Below are positions 27,173 through 38,900 of a stretch of DNA of 64,000 nt, piece by piece. The notes beneath the pieces are model-generated. The model was not told the DNA's origin and ran no database searches. It worked only from the letters and a program-made list of their open reading frames with translations. The DNA lies in the NCBI GenBank assembly GCA_964057225.1, contig OZ059897.1:9238001-9302000 (forward strand). The letters run 5' to 3'. The position numbers and the translations under genes were made by a program. This stretch comes from Auanema rhodensis (lineage: Eukaryota > Animalia > Nematoda). Position 1 is the stretch's first letter. Each line of letters begins with the position of its first letter.

Positions 27173-28671
27173 TTTCTATTTTTCTATATTTCCCTCTTTC
27201 TTTCTGTTTCTCTCTATTACACTCTTGTGTTAGGCTTGAACTATTATGTTACTACACCTTTGTATGATAAATATTTTTCTTAATGCAAATGTATTAGCGA
27301 ATTTTAGAAATTGAATGTAGAAATGAAATTTGAATCACAAAATGATGTATGTGAACTTTGAGACGACCTCATTCAGCTTTTCAGGTCCAGGTTGCTACTG
27401 CGCCCTGTGGCTCATATTGTTTGTCAATCGTTATTCAAAAGAACTATGAATTTGCATAAAATTTCCGATATTTACCTGACACTGTGGGCTACAAGCTGGC
27501 ATACATTGTGGAACACAAGATATTTGAGGATGGGGGGTAGTCTTTTTGACCATCAAACCACAAGTTTCAGCACACGCAGTACTGCAGTTTGGATTGCATT
27601 CCGCTGCTGTACCACCCGATGATCTAAATCATTTTAGTCTGATGAGAAAACGTCGCGATGATTCAAGATTTACCGGCAAACTTGGATACAAGTATCGGCA
27701 CACGTTTTCTGGCATTGAGCAGAATCTGATGATTTACCATCTAGTACATCGGAAATCATACGAAGAGCAGGTTTTAACGCTGTACAGCTGAATGAGCATT
27801 CAGGCATACAAGCGGCCTCGCAGACTTTAGGTGCTGTGGTTAGTTGGATAGTAGTTGTCGTAGGAGCTAGAGTTGTTGATGGTGGAGCAGTTACCACTAA
27901 GGTTTTGGGGGCTGTATGAACTGCCTGAAACAGAATATTACATTTCTTATTATATTAAACAGCAAAAAGAATTGTCTTACCTGTTTTGCATCATTTGGAA
28001 TTATGAACTTATACTCATTAACAGTTGAGGATTTCGTTTTAGGTGATTCTTGTTTGGAGCAAGAAAATTGACAAGCATTTGAGCAAACCTAACAATAAGT
28101 TTGTTCGCAAAAGAAAAACATAAGCTTTGCTTAAAACATACGTCGATACATTTTGAGCTCGACTGTAGCATTTGACATGGTTCCAGACAACTAATCTGGC
28201 AAACATCTGTACACTTATAAGGAGAAGCTATAGCATTCAAGCTTTCAGGCTTAGGTAACGGTACAGCCTAGATTGAAAAAAAATTATTGAGAATGCTCTA
28301 TTATGAAAAAAATGCATACCTTTTCAGGTTCCTTACAAACACACTTAGGTGGGACTGGTGGCGTACAACTACATACCATCTGAACATTCTTATTCTGATC
28401 AGAAGCTGGCACAATCTATAACATGGAGAATACAGTTTTATGTATATTCAACGTATACAAGATTGATCATACCTTACAACCGCAACGAGGAGATTCAGCT
28501 GGTGTACATTCACAGCTTTGTCGTTTATTTCTAGCACTTTCTAACTGAAACAAGATCAAAATTTGAGATGTTTTTTCTCTTCCCTTCAATTAATCATAAT
28601 TCAATAAAACTCACTGGATTTCGAGCAGAAACTACGAATATTAAAGCAAGAAATAAAACTAATAGCTTCAT
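25920..28671 (-). CDS. Secreted CX3C-repeat protein, ABU/PQN-like (gene 3, about 380 aa, 9 exons)
   Basis: MKLLVLFLALIFVVSARNP|LESARNKR|QSCECTPAESPRCGCK..., repeats CEAACMPECSFSC and CQKTCADTCIQVC, basic tail KLRRKHLRAMRPKFEKRS*. All introns GT-AG and in frame. Confidence 0.9.
26968..27215. repeat. (CT)n/polypyrimidine tract in an intron of gene 3
   Basis: About 250 nt of nearly pure C/T, with perfect (CT)n at about 27125-27170. Confidence 0.95.
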
Positions 28672-28710
28672 TGTTGGACAGTCACCAGTCAAGTGACCAG
28701 GATCCTCTGG

Positions 28711-28717
28711 TTATATA
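28711..28717 (-). promoter_or_regulatory. TATA box of gene 3
   Basis: TATATAA on the minus strand 40 nt upstream of ATG 28671. Confidence 0.6.
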
Positions 28718-31085
28718 GGAGCCTTTCTGCAGCTTAGTACAGGAGCCTAAGTGGGTGGGTACGAATTGTCTTGAAGCATTTCTGTTAACCGTTCTTTGCT
28801 TCTCCCATTCCAGCTTTTCCTTCTTCTTTATGACGACTTATTCTCTTTCTGTCTGACCTTTTAATTACGTAATTCCTTCTCGTCTACAAAGCTTAACAAG
28901 GTGAGAAATAGCAGGTCAATATACAAGAACAGGATTCATTCATTGTCGGACTTGGACGGCGAAACAGACAATTACATGCGGGAGATGGCCAACATTGCAA
29001 AATGCGAAAGAGAATGTGGCCATCGAAGAGGGTTACGATTTTTAGAAATTTCTTCATTTCGCTAGATAGTGTCCCGCTGCCTTCATGAAGATATTGAGCT
29101 TCTGAACGAACAACTTACACAAACAACGAGCAATATACATCACAGCTTTGATTATTTCTTTTCTTTGCTAAGACCATGCTATTCTCTGAACTTTTGTCCC
29201 AAAAAAATGTTTCCAAAAATAACAAAAATGTTAGAAAATCTGTCTGTTCAGCTTCACGACCATATTGAAAATAAAACATTGCGTGTCCAAATTGTCCAGG
29301 ATGTCTCAGAGTTTTACCGAACATATTTGAGTTTTAATGTGTTCACGTTACTTTACGTGGAAACTGTTGCAGCATATTTTTATTTTTGATTGAAACCTAT
29401 GCACAAACGGTTGTTTTTTTGCAAATCATGTAATGAACATTAGAAAATCAATTAATTATTTAAACCGAAATAATAATAATCATTTTTTGTTTATTATTTG
29501 AATTTTATTTTGAATTTTGAATTAAGTATCAAGCTTAATAATGGATTTGAAGCTTTTAATAATTTCTGAATAATGGCTGAAACTCATTTAATATAAATAA
29601 TAAGAATAGTATAAATTAAAAATAAAAGTACTTAGTACAATAGTAATAAATGGATATTTTTTTATATTGAATCTCGAAGTCTTCAATTTCAAAATAAAAT
29701 ATTTCAATTGCAAGTAATAATACTGGAAAATTCTTCCTTGATGGGTGTTTTGTTAGCGAAGTTGTATGCGATGAGCCAGATAGCGGTTGGAATATTTCCC
29801 TTTCCCACCAACTTGACAGTCTTACTTCAAGCTCTTATATTGTTTTGATATGATGTTTGTTTCTAATGCAGTTAATAGTTTTTTGAACAAAACAAACATT
29901 CAATACATATTTTCACCTATTTACCGTTACTATTCCCGTAGTTCTACCTTAGTATTTGAATTTTAGGATTTCTTCCAATCTATAAAGACTAGATTGTCAT
30001 ATTTCTTATAGACTGAAAGAAAGTACTAAATACTATAAAGAATACAACAGTATTCAGATTCCAGCTTGTTTGCCATTGATCGCCATTATTAATCATCACT
30101 GCTCATTCTTATCCAGTTTTTTGCTTCCGGTTACTTCAACATCTGCCGAGGAACACACAGTAACTAAGCATGGATGACACACAAGATCAAAGTTGATTAT
30201 ACGGGAGTTGAGTACGTCAACAAGCTCAAATATAATTTCGCAGAAGCATGATTACTCAGCATGATTCACCTGAATTTTCCATACATTTCTCAGCTTTTCA
30301 TAGTCTGAATAAAATAAATATCAAGTTGCTATATCATGATTCATTAGACTAGAATCAGAAGAAGTTGATGAGAAAATATTTTTTCCCCGATGATCTCTTC
30401 GCGACAATGCTGAAAACTCCAAATTAGAAATATTGGAGAACCGTAAAATCAGGATTGATGTTGCATCCCGTCATCTGCTTTTTTATTTTTTTTAAAGAAG
30501 AGGAAGAAGTGTCCATTCAGTTAAATCAACAAAACATATCTTTTTTGAATAAAAATGTTGAAAAGGTAATATGATTTCTGAGATAATTCTCAACACATCC
30601 TCCAGATAGAGTAGAACATGTAGTAATCAGGCTCAATACATTGATATGATTGAAATGATAAGATAAAATGCAAATATTTAGAGAAGTTGTAGACAACTCT
30701 ACCGGTTTTTCTCCAACGAAGTTCTTTCTGATATCATTTTCGTTTTTACGTCATCTTTACCTTTCTTCGTCAAGTTTCACGTAACACACAATCTAGGACA
30801 AACATGAACAGGACCGAGCTGTAGCATGAACAACGATAGATGAAGCTCTGACAGAGAAACAACGCAAAGAGTATACATCACTGAGAGGTTGACAGACAAA
30901 CAAAGAATGCCTGAGGCAAGAGCTCAAATCGTATGATTGAAGGAGTCGGAGAAGAAAAAACGGAGAGGACGAGACTGATATGACGACAACTGTAAGCGAC
31001 GACCGGAATGCCGAGGAGTTGGTTGGATCAAGCCGAGGAGGCTTTACCGAAAGACCGGAAATAGGTGACACGGAAGAAGAGCCTT

Positions 31086-31091
31086 TATAAG
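31086..31091 (+). promoter_or_regulatory. TATA box of gene 4
   Basis: TATAAG about 50 nt upstream of ATG 31142, at the end of a purine/GC-rich stretch. Confidence 0.55.
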
Positions 31092-31141
31092 CCTCTCGGG
31101 GCATGCCACAATCATCAGTCGCTGATACAGCAGCAATAATC

Positions 31142-32785
31142 ATGAGAACTTCCACTGTAGCTTTGGTGGCTTTATGCCTCTTCGCTTCTACTGCTTTCGC
31201 CGAGCCGGTAAGAAACTACAACAAGCAAATTCTATTTCGAATCTTCAACATTTACTTTGCTTGATTTATTGTGTTTTAAAAACTAACGATTACTTTTACA
31301 GCTCCGTGCTCGTCGCCAAGCCTGTGGATGTGCTCCTCAAGCTGCTGCTCCAGTCTGCTCTTGCCAGCCTGTGATGGCTCAGTCTGTACAACAATCGTGC
31401 CAATGTCAACCAGTACAACAACAACCAGCTTGTGATTGTGCCCCTCAACAGGTATCACTTCCTACTCAATATTACTAAATTCTAAAGTTTTGTTTTAGAC
31501 TCAGCAATGTGCTCCAGCTTGCCAATCAACCTGCATGCAATCTTGTGTTGCTCAACAACAGCCTGCACCTCAAGTAAGATCTTAAGTAGTACAAATTAAA
31601 AAAATATAAAAATTTTTTAGTGTCAAGCCAGTTGCCAGAGCACTTGTGATTCTACCTGTAACCAACAATATCAGCCTATCCAGCAGCAACCAATCGTTCA
31701 GCAACAGCAACCATGTCTTCAGCAATGCCAATCTGCATGCCAGCCACAAGCTCAACCACAATGCAACCAAGCTTGCCAGACCAATTGGTATAGTTTTAAA
31801 GAACTTCTGTATCATTCATATGTTCTGTATTCAGCCAAAATAACGACCAATACGCTCAACAACTGATGCAACAGCAGATGTACAACACTCCTGGACCAAT
31901 CCCCGGTTATTCTTCTACAATGGCTCCAGTCACTTACCCAACCACTCTCCCAAGCAACTACCAGCCATACCGTGATGATAACCAATGCCAACAATGCCAG
32001 AACGCCTGTATGAATGACTGCATGAGTTCTGGACAACAACAACAATTCTGCCAAAACTCTTGCGCTCAGAACTGTCAGAATGCCTGCCAACAAAACCAAC
32101 AAGTAGTTACTCTCGAAGATATTATCAGCATTTAATATTTCAATCTTTTAGCAGCAGCCAGCTAATGTCTGTCAACAATGCCAGAACCAATGTACTCAAT
32201 CTTGTCAACAGCAGAACATGCCTCAGTGCAACCAACAATGTAGCCAGCAGTGCCAGCCTATGTGCCAGGTTTGTACTTCTCCTGATAAACTCCTGAGATA
32301 TTGAACCAACAATATTATCTCACAATATTTCAAATCTTGGTAAACTGTATATCGTTATTCAGAACGCCCCAGCTCAACAGCCAGCTTGCCAACCATCCTG
32401 CCAACCAGCCTGTCAGCCATCCTGTGTTCAACAACAACAGCAGCCAGCTCAACCATCCTACACATTGAGCATCACCGTTCCAGTAAGCTCCCAGAACCCA
32501 CAGTGCCAGCCACTCTGTGAGCAATCCTGCAACAACCAATGCGTTCAAAACCAACAAGTAAGTGGAAAGCCCAAGCAATCTCAATGGACTGAGAAAGATA
32601 TATACATTTTTCATCTTTAACGCTATGTTTTACAGTCTCCAACCCAATGTGCTCCAGCTTGCCAGACTTCCTGCTCAAGTAGCTGTCAACCAGCTATGAT
32701 GCCATGTCAGCAAAGCCCTAGCCAATCCTGCGGATGCCAACCTCAGTACAACCCCTGCGGTAACGGTCAATGTTGTCGCAAGTAA
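31142..32785 (+). CDS. ABU/PQN-family Gln/Cys/Pro-rich secreted protein (gene 4, about 395 aa, 8 exons)
   Basis: MRTSTVALVALCLFASTAFAEP|LRARR|QACGCAPQAAAPVCSCQPV..., repeats CQPSCQPACQPSC, C-terminus PCQQSPSQSCGCQPQYNPCGNGQCCRK*. Architecture is typical of C. elegans ABU/PQN proteins; the exact ortholog cannot be assigned by eye. Confidence 0.92.
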
Positions 32786-35700
32786 ATCAAAATAGCTTAC
32801 TGCTATTTGACTATCTACATCAAATTGATGAGATATTTGTATATTTTGATGTCTTGAAATGAGTACAATAAATTTTTTCTTCATAAATACTGTCTTCTTC
32901 CTGATGTTTTCATAAAAATATAAATATTTGAATGCAAAAGTTTCACGTAATACGTGAATAACGATAAAATTCATTTCCATATGAACCATTAAACGGTTGA
33001 GTTGTTTTTGAAAAGATTGAAATAGAATGTGGCTTTGGCTTCAAAAAAACAATTGCATTGGGGGAGCTTTTTGAATTTCCAAACAGGCACAAATGTTATT
33101 TTTCCTTTTTACATTTTTTTTCTCTCTTAATTACCTTAACCTAAAATATATATAAAATTTAAAGAAATAAACATATGAGATTGTTTATTTATTTTATTTT
33201 TCTTTAAGTTATTATAATATAAGTTTGATTAGTCTATTTCAATTTGATTGAACTATCTATCTAATATTGCCATAATTCAGTTGTAAACAGAAGCTAATTG
33301 AAGAAAAAGAAAAAAATTATGTTCTAACACATACACATTCTTTAGTTCTTTTAATTCCTAGAATATACATATTTGAATCGTTTTCATAATTTTATGAATT
33401 ATACATAGTTCTATGTACATTTCAAAGTTTATTCATTACTAATCACCTCATGTCTACCCTAAACTCATCGCAAAAGGAACAGAAAGAGAAAAACCCATTT
33501 ACATCCCCCGAACTTTATTAATCATGAATGATCTCTAAATGATTTTATCATTTATATTCATATATTTCAATTCGTAAAAGCTTTATGTATATATATTTCT
33601 TACTTTTTGCTGTATTCAGTTTTCTTATAACGAGATATCTTGTACTTATACCAAATAAAATAGTTTATGTGCATATGTAAAGTAACAAAGTTTTTATATT
33701 CAAAAAGAAACATATGATTTGGAATGAATGAAGCTTGAAAAAAACCGATGACAATAGCGCTTCAGATCTCAAAAGCTCTTTCGAAGCTCAAGCATTCACA
33801 AAACGTTTCTCTTCAGTCTTTTTTCTTTCAATAATTGCTCAGGTAAATTAACTAATGATTTTCGATTAAAAAAACAGTTGGGTAACTGCCTTTAAGGCAC
33901 AAAGTTCAGCTGGTCATAAGATGTCCTGGCTGACTATGGCAGAGCTGCAGACGACTGCGTCTTTCTCCTATATGCTCTCCATTCTACTCTCCAGCTTATT
34001 GATCTAGCACAGAGCGACTAGAGACTGTGGTGGCATGAGAGGCCCCAGACGAAACCATGTCGACGTCGTCGTCAACGTTGTGGAGACGGCATCACGCGCA
34101 AAAAAAGAGAATCGTTTTCATACATTAAGCGATCGAAATTTCTGAAACGTATCTCTTCTGGCTATAAGGGGGATTGAGGTCGGTCTCCACATTTAACCAA
34201 ACATGTCTACAATGTGCGTGTGAGCCCAGTATAGAGAAGCCAGCTGTTTCGTTTGCAACTAGCTCGTCTTGAAGCAGCAGCTCATCATCACGCATCGAGC
34301 TTCATGAAATTATTTATTTTATTAGCATAACTATAAATGTCGGACTACCACCTGGCAGAAATATTCTTATTTTATAATAAATAAACTAATGCTCTTTTCC
34401 AACTTTTTCATTTTGTGTGTTATTGCTTGTTATCCGTTCTTAATTACAGCTAAATTATCTGTTCTTAATTATATCGTTTACGTTTTCTAATGATTTCTAT
34501 TTCACATAATCATTTATAAACTGTTATTAAATTCGGGAGAATGAAAACATATTCAGTTATTCATAATTACATTAAGTTTCATTTAAAAAAGGCAACAAAA
34601 AACCTTTTTTCCTCATTTGAACTTTAATTCAGAATAAGCGCTATGTTTATCAATACAGCAAATTCATATACATTTCTGTTATTGCTTTCTGCCACAAACA
34701 CATTTTGTTTCCACTTTGCCTTCTTCGGTTGTATGCTCCCAATTCAGAATGAAACACTCATCTTTCTCTTAAAATCTCTCCCTTTCTATATCTTTATAAC
34801 TTTTTTCTACATCTTTTTATATGTCTCTATCTCCCTCCCCTCCCCTCTCTCTCTCCCTCTCTCTCTCTCTTATGTTAAAACATTCTTCTTCCTTCTTTCT
34901 CTCTACTTATTCTCTTATATCCGAACTCTTCTCGAAAAAATCCACTGTTTGTCTGTATTATAATTCCTTAGATTGTTTCTTGGTTATAGCATAGTACCAT
35001 CCACACTTTGGATTATCAGAAAGCTTTCAATTTGAAAAAAAAAACAAAAGACAAAACATATGAAAGTATTTCATAGCGATTTTAACCCATTCAAAACTAT
35101 TCAAGCTAGTAATTATGTATTCATTTAACAAACAAATTTCTTTCATTAAATAATTGTTCAAATGTATATCTTCCATTCTATAAAAACATATAAAGTATAG
35201 TATTCATTTTCGATCCGTGCCAGATGTTACATATAAAAAAAATTGCTGAAAATCTGTGGAGAATGAACTTCATTATAGTTTGATGTCATTCATTCTTGCT
35301 CAATTTTAATGCATGTGTTAGAACATATGTTTGAACTTCTTTGGTTTTGTTATATATTAGCTAAGAGATTCAAAAAGCTATATGCTTAATATCGAGTAAA
35401 TGTATTTTCTGAATAGAATAGCACAGTGGGAGGGGGGAGAGAAGACGAAGGAGATGAAAAGAAACCATTCCCAATCAAAGATAATCTAAAAATGAATTTC
35501 ACGTCAAGAGTTCACGCAACTTTGTTTTTTTAATTTTTTTAATCGAATTGAATGCTCATCCATCTTGTCTCTATTTCAATTATATAATATAAAACGCTTT
35601 CATGTATGTAAACTAATCCTTTTTTATAAACTATTATCTTTACCGAAAGTCATTTCCTTGCTGCTTGTTGCGAACTTAATCGCAACATACATGAAACATT

Positions 35701-35968
35701 TTTCTTTTTTTTTATATTTTATTCAATAATAAATGTCTGCAATCTTAATCTTCTTCTCTTTGATCTTCAATGCCATGAACATGAAGATTTAATGACATTT
35801 ATCACTTGAATTTTGTATTTAACCAAATATCTAGCCGATTATGCTCATTATAACAAATCTATTTTTCTATTTATCGTATAAAACGAACATTGTTGTTTGA
35901 TTTTCTTGCTTTAAACATTTCATTTTACTTTCAACATTTTTTTTCAGAAAATCTATTGGAGATAAAGC

Positions 35969-38900
35969 ATGCCATTTAGTCCACCAATCGATTATGTTCA
36001 TCTAAGAAGTAATGAGAGTCATATGCAATTGATCTCGATGGACGGAAGTGAAACTCCTAGGTTGATCTCTTATCTTTATATTTTTAGTTATCTTCAAAAT
36101 AAAATTATATATTATTTCCTTTTTTGCTTTCAAGGTCATGAGCAAAAGTCGTTAATCATACTTTGCCTTGAAAAAGAAATTTTCTAAATACAATGAAAGT
36201 GTACAAGCAAAAAGTGAAATGTGTGCAGTGCACAATAAGAAAATATTCTTTCTTAAATTATCATAATTTTATGTGTTATATGCTCCTATATGTTCAATTT
36301 TTATAGAACATCGCCCTGTTTCAATGGACCGCCACCTCGAGAACCACCACCTAATGTGATATTTATTCCCGGCAAGGTAAACGATCTTGATTTTATCTTC
36401 AATCTACATCTGAAAAAAAGCTGGAACTATAACTAGAGAATGAGTCAAAACACGAAAAAAAACTGTTTTTCCTTCTTATAACTGCATATTCTGTTAGAAA
36501 TTTTAAGCAAGAACCATGTACTACCCAAATACCTTGGGCAACATGTTTCAACTAAACTTGTTGAAAATTTGATTGTTTGTTTATCTTTTTACCGTGACAA
36601 AAATGAATTTAGTTATTGTTTCTCAACTATTTTTTCCTTCCTTTTGTTTTCTTTGGATTAAAAACAATTCATTTTCAATAAGCAGTTTGAGCTCCAAACA
36701 TCGGTCCCACGTTTAGGCACTTCATTAACCTTTCTTCTCTCTCATAATTATGCTCAAGACCTGTTCAAAGTAGTTTCGAATAGCTATGTAAAAATGTTTG
36801 CTGTTTGTTCGCATCAAACAGCCATTTTTAGAAATTTAAATAATCAAATTGGATTCGTTCCAAATCTGTTTGTGTCATGTCGCTTCCACAATTCGTCTAC
36901 GTGATTCTACAATGTTTCGCTTCATCTTTGTCCGTTCTTCTTCTGCTTTAACGTCTTCGTCTTTTCCCACTCCACCCCATTGCTTCATTTCTTCCGACCT
37001 CACTATCCTCTCTCCACCCTTTTTCACTCTGTCTTTTCCGGCATATTCTACCAGCCTGTCCGCCCCTTTTCAGTGTTTCAAATCTGCCTGACTTCCCTTC
37101 GGTAGAGCCCTGATTCTACCAATCCGCTTTTTTCGTTCCAACTTGCTATTCGACATCAATTGCAGTCAAAAATATGGATGAGAAATCGAAAAAGGTTAGA
37201 ATTATGATTTCTTTTCAAATAGATATTCACTATATGTTAATATTCTTCACTAATAATAGCAACATAACGCTAATGATGAGCACATTTTGTACATAAAGGA
37301 TCATCTTTCGTCTTAAACTTTTCATTCCTTTCTTCCTTCATTTCACCTCACCTCCCTCCCCTTTTCATTTCGTATTCGTCATTTTGTCATTTATTCAGCA
37401 ATCTCATTGTTTAGAAACTTATTCCGAACTTCATAGATTTTCTCAAATTTTCATTAAAGCACGTGATACATAAACTTCTGCTTCAATACTCTTCTTTATT
37501 AACATATTGGTGTCGTTCACATCAAATGCACTCCTCACCTTCATATTCAGAAACGGCAATGAACGGTTGATACGGCGAACATAAACATTGTTTTTTGTAT
37601 TTTTTTTTAAAAATTCATGATTTCAAATATTCTTATCCTTGTTTTTACCTTCTATTCTAGTTTTATGTTAATCCCTTGGTTGGTTTAACGTTATAAACGA
37701 TATTGATATCAATTCATATTGTTTAGCTGATCACTGTTCTTGGATATATTGGCTTATTGCTCAGCACTATAGTTTTATTTCATCTCGTATTACAAGCCAA
37801 ATTGCTAAAATTTTAAACTTAATATTCTTTTCCAAATCTTCTTCTTGTCATAATCTAAACTTTCCTGATTTGAAAGTGCAAAAAGCTGTAATTGAATGTT
37901 TTATTTTTGAACCATTTTACTAAAGCCGAGAGTTTAACACAATCTAGAAGTGGAACATGACTCAAACTGCACTACATGTGAGTTAGATGCGGAAATTACT
38001 TAACAAACTGCAAAACGCATCCGAAAATCAGTGTTATACACTGAAATTTCATTCATTCTTTTATGCAACTCCAATATTTTCATGTTCAGGGAACTGCAAG
38101 ATGGTGGCGCAATCGTACAACGTTGGAAAAAGTTCTTCTACCAGCTTTTTTTCTTCTTTTGATACTTTCCATTATACTGGTGGTTGTGATTCTGACTTTG
38201 GATGGACGAAGAGGCAATTATTTCTTTTTGAAATTAAAAAAAAAACTGTAAAGCTGATGTCAAAGAGAAGAGACACAAGATGAACTCTTAAAATAAAATC
38301 AAAAGCATCATGGAATATCGAATGTGTATATTTAGGATCTGATCTTAATGTCACTGCAACTACTCCACATAGTTCGTCTATTTCAACAATTAATTTGTCT
38401 ACAACGACGTCTGCTACAGATAGTTTGCCGTCAACTACTGTCGTAACTGAAATTGAACCTACAGTTGAAATATGTACTACGCCAGGATGTGTTCGTGCAG
38501 CTAATAATCTGGTATGTCATCAAAGAGGGAAAAATCATACATCAGTTTTCTTTATTTGTTAAATTTATGTTTTTTTTTTAGTTGAATGCTATGAACCAGT
38601 CTGCTAACCCCTGTGAAGACTTTTACGAGTTTGCCTGTGGAGCCTGGAATGCCAATAATCCTATTCCGGACGACATGCCCGCTTCCGGAACGTTTTCCAG
38701 TGTACGTGAACAAGTTCGATTACAGTTGAGAGGTAAACAAACGGCTTAGCGGAGAGTTTCGAGGTCATTGGTACTTTTTCAGTCCTGCTTGAACAAGAGG
38801 TGATCTCACCATCAAATTCAATTAATATGGCCAGAGCTTCATATAAAACATGCATGAATAAAACACAATTGGATGAATTGAAATCATCGTAATCCATTAC

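Noticed and set aside
26959-27267. 102-aa Leu/Ser ORF
   Set aside because: Translation of the (CT)n tract, antisense within an intron.
31276-32678. Several minus-strand Leu/Trp/Val-rich ORFs
   Set aside because: Antisense shadows of the CAA/CAG/CCA-rich codons of gene 4.
34033-34061. Hammerhead-ribozyme-like string (ATGAG...GACGAAACCATGTC)
   Set aside because: It lacks the CTGA core, and stem II cannot pair.
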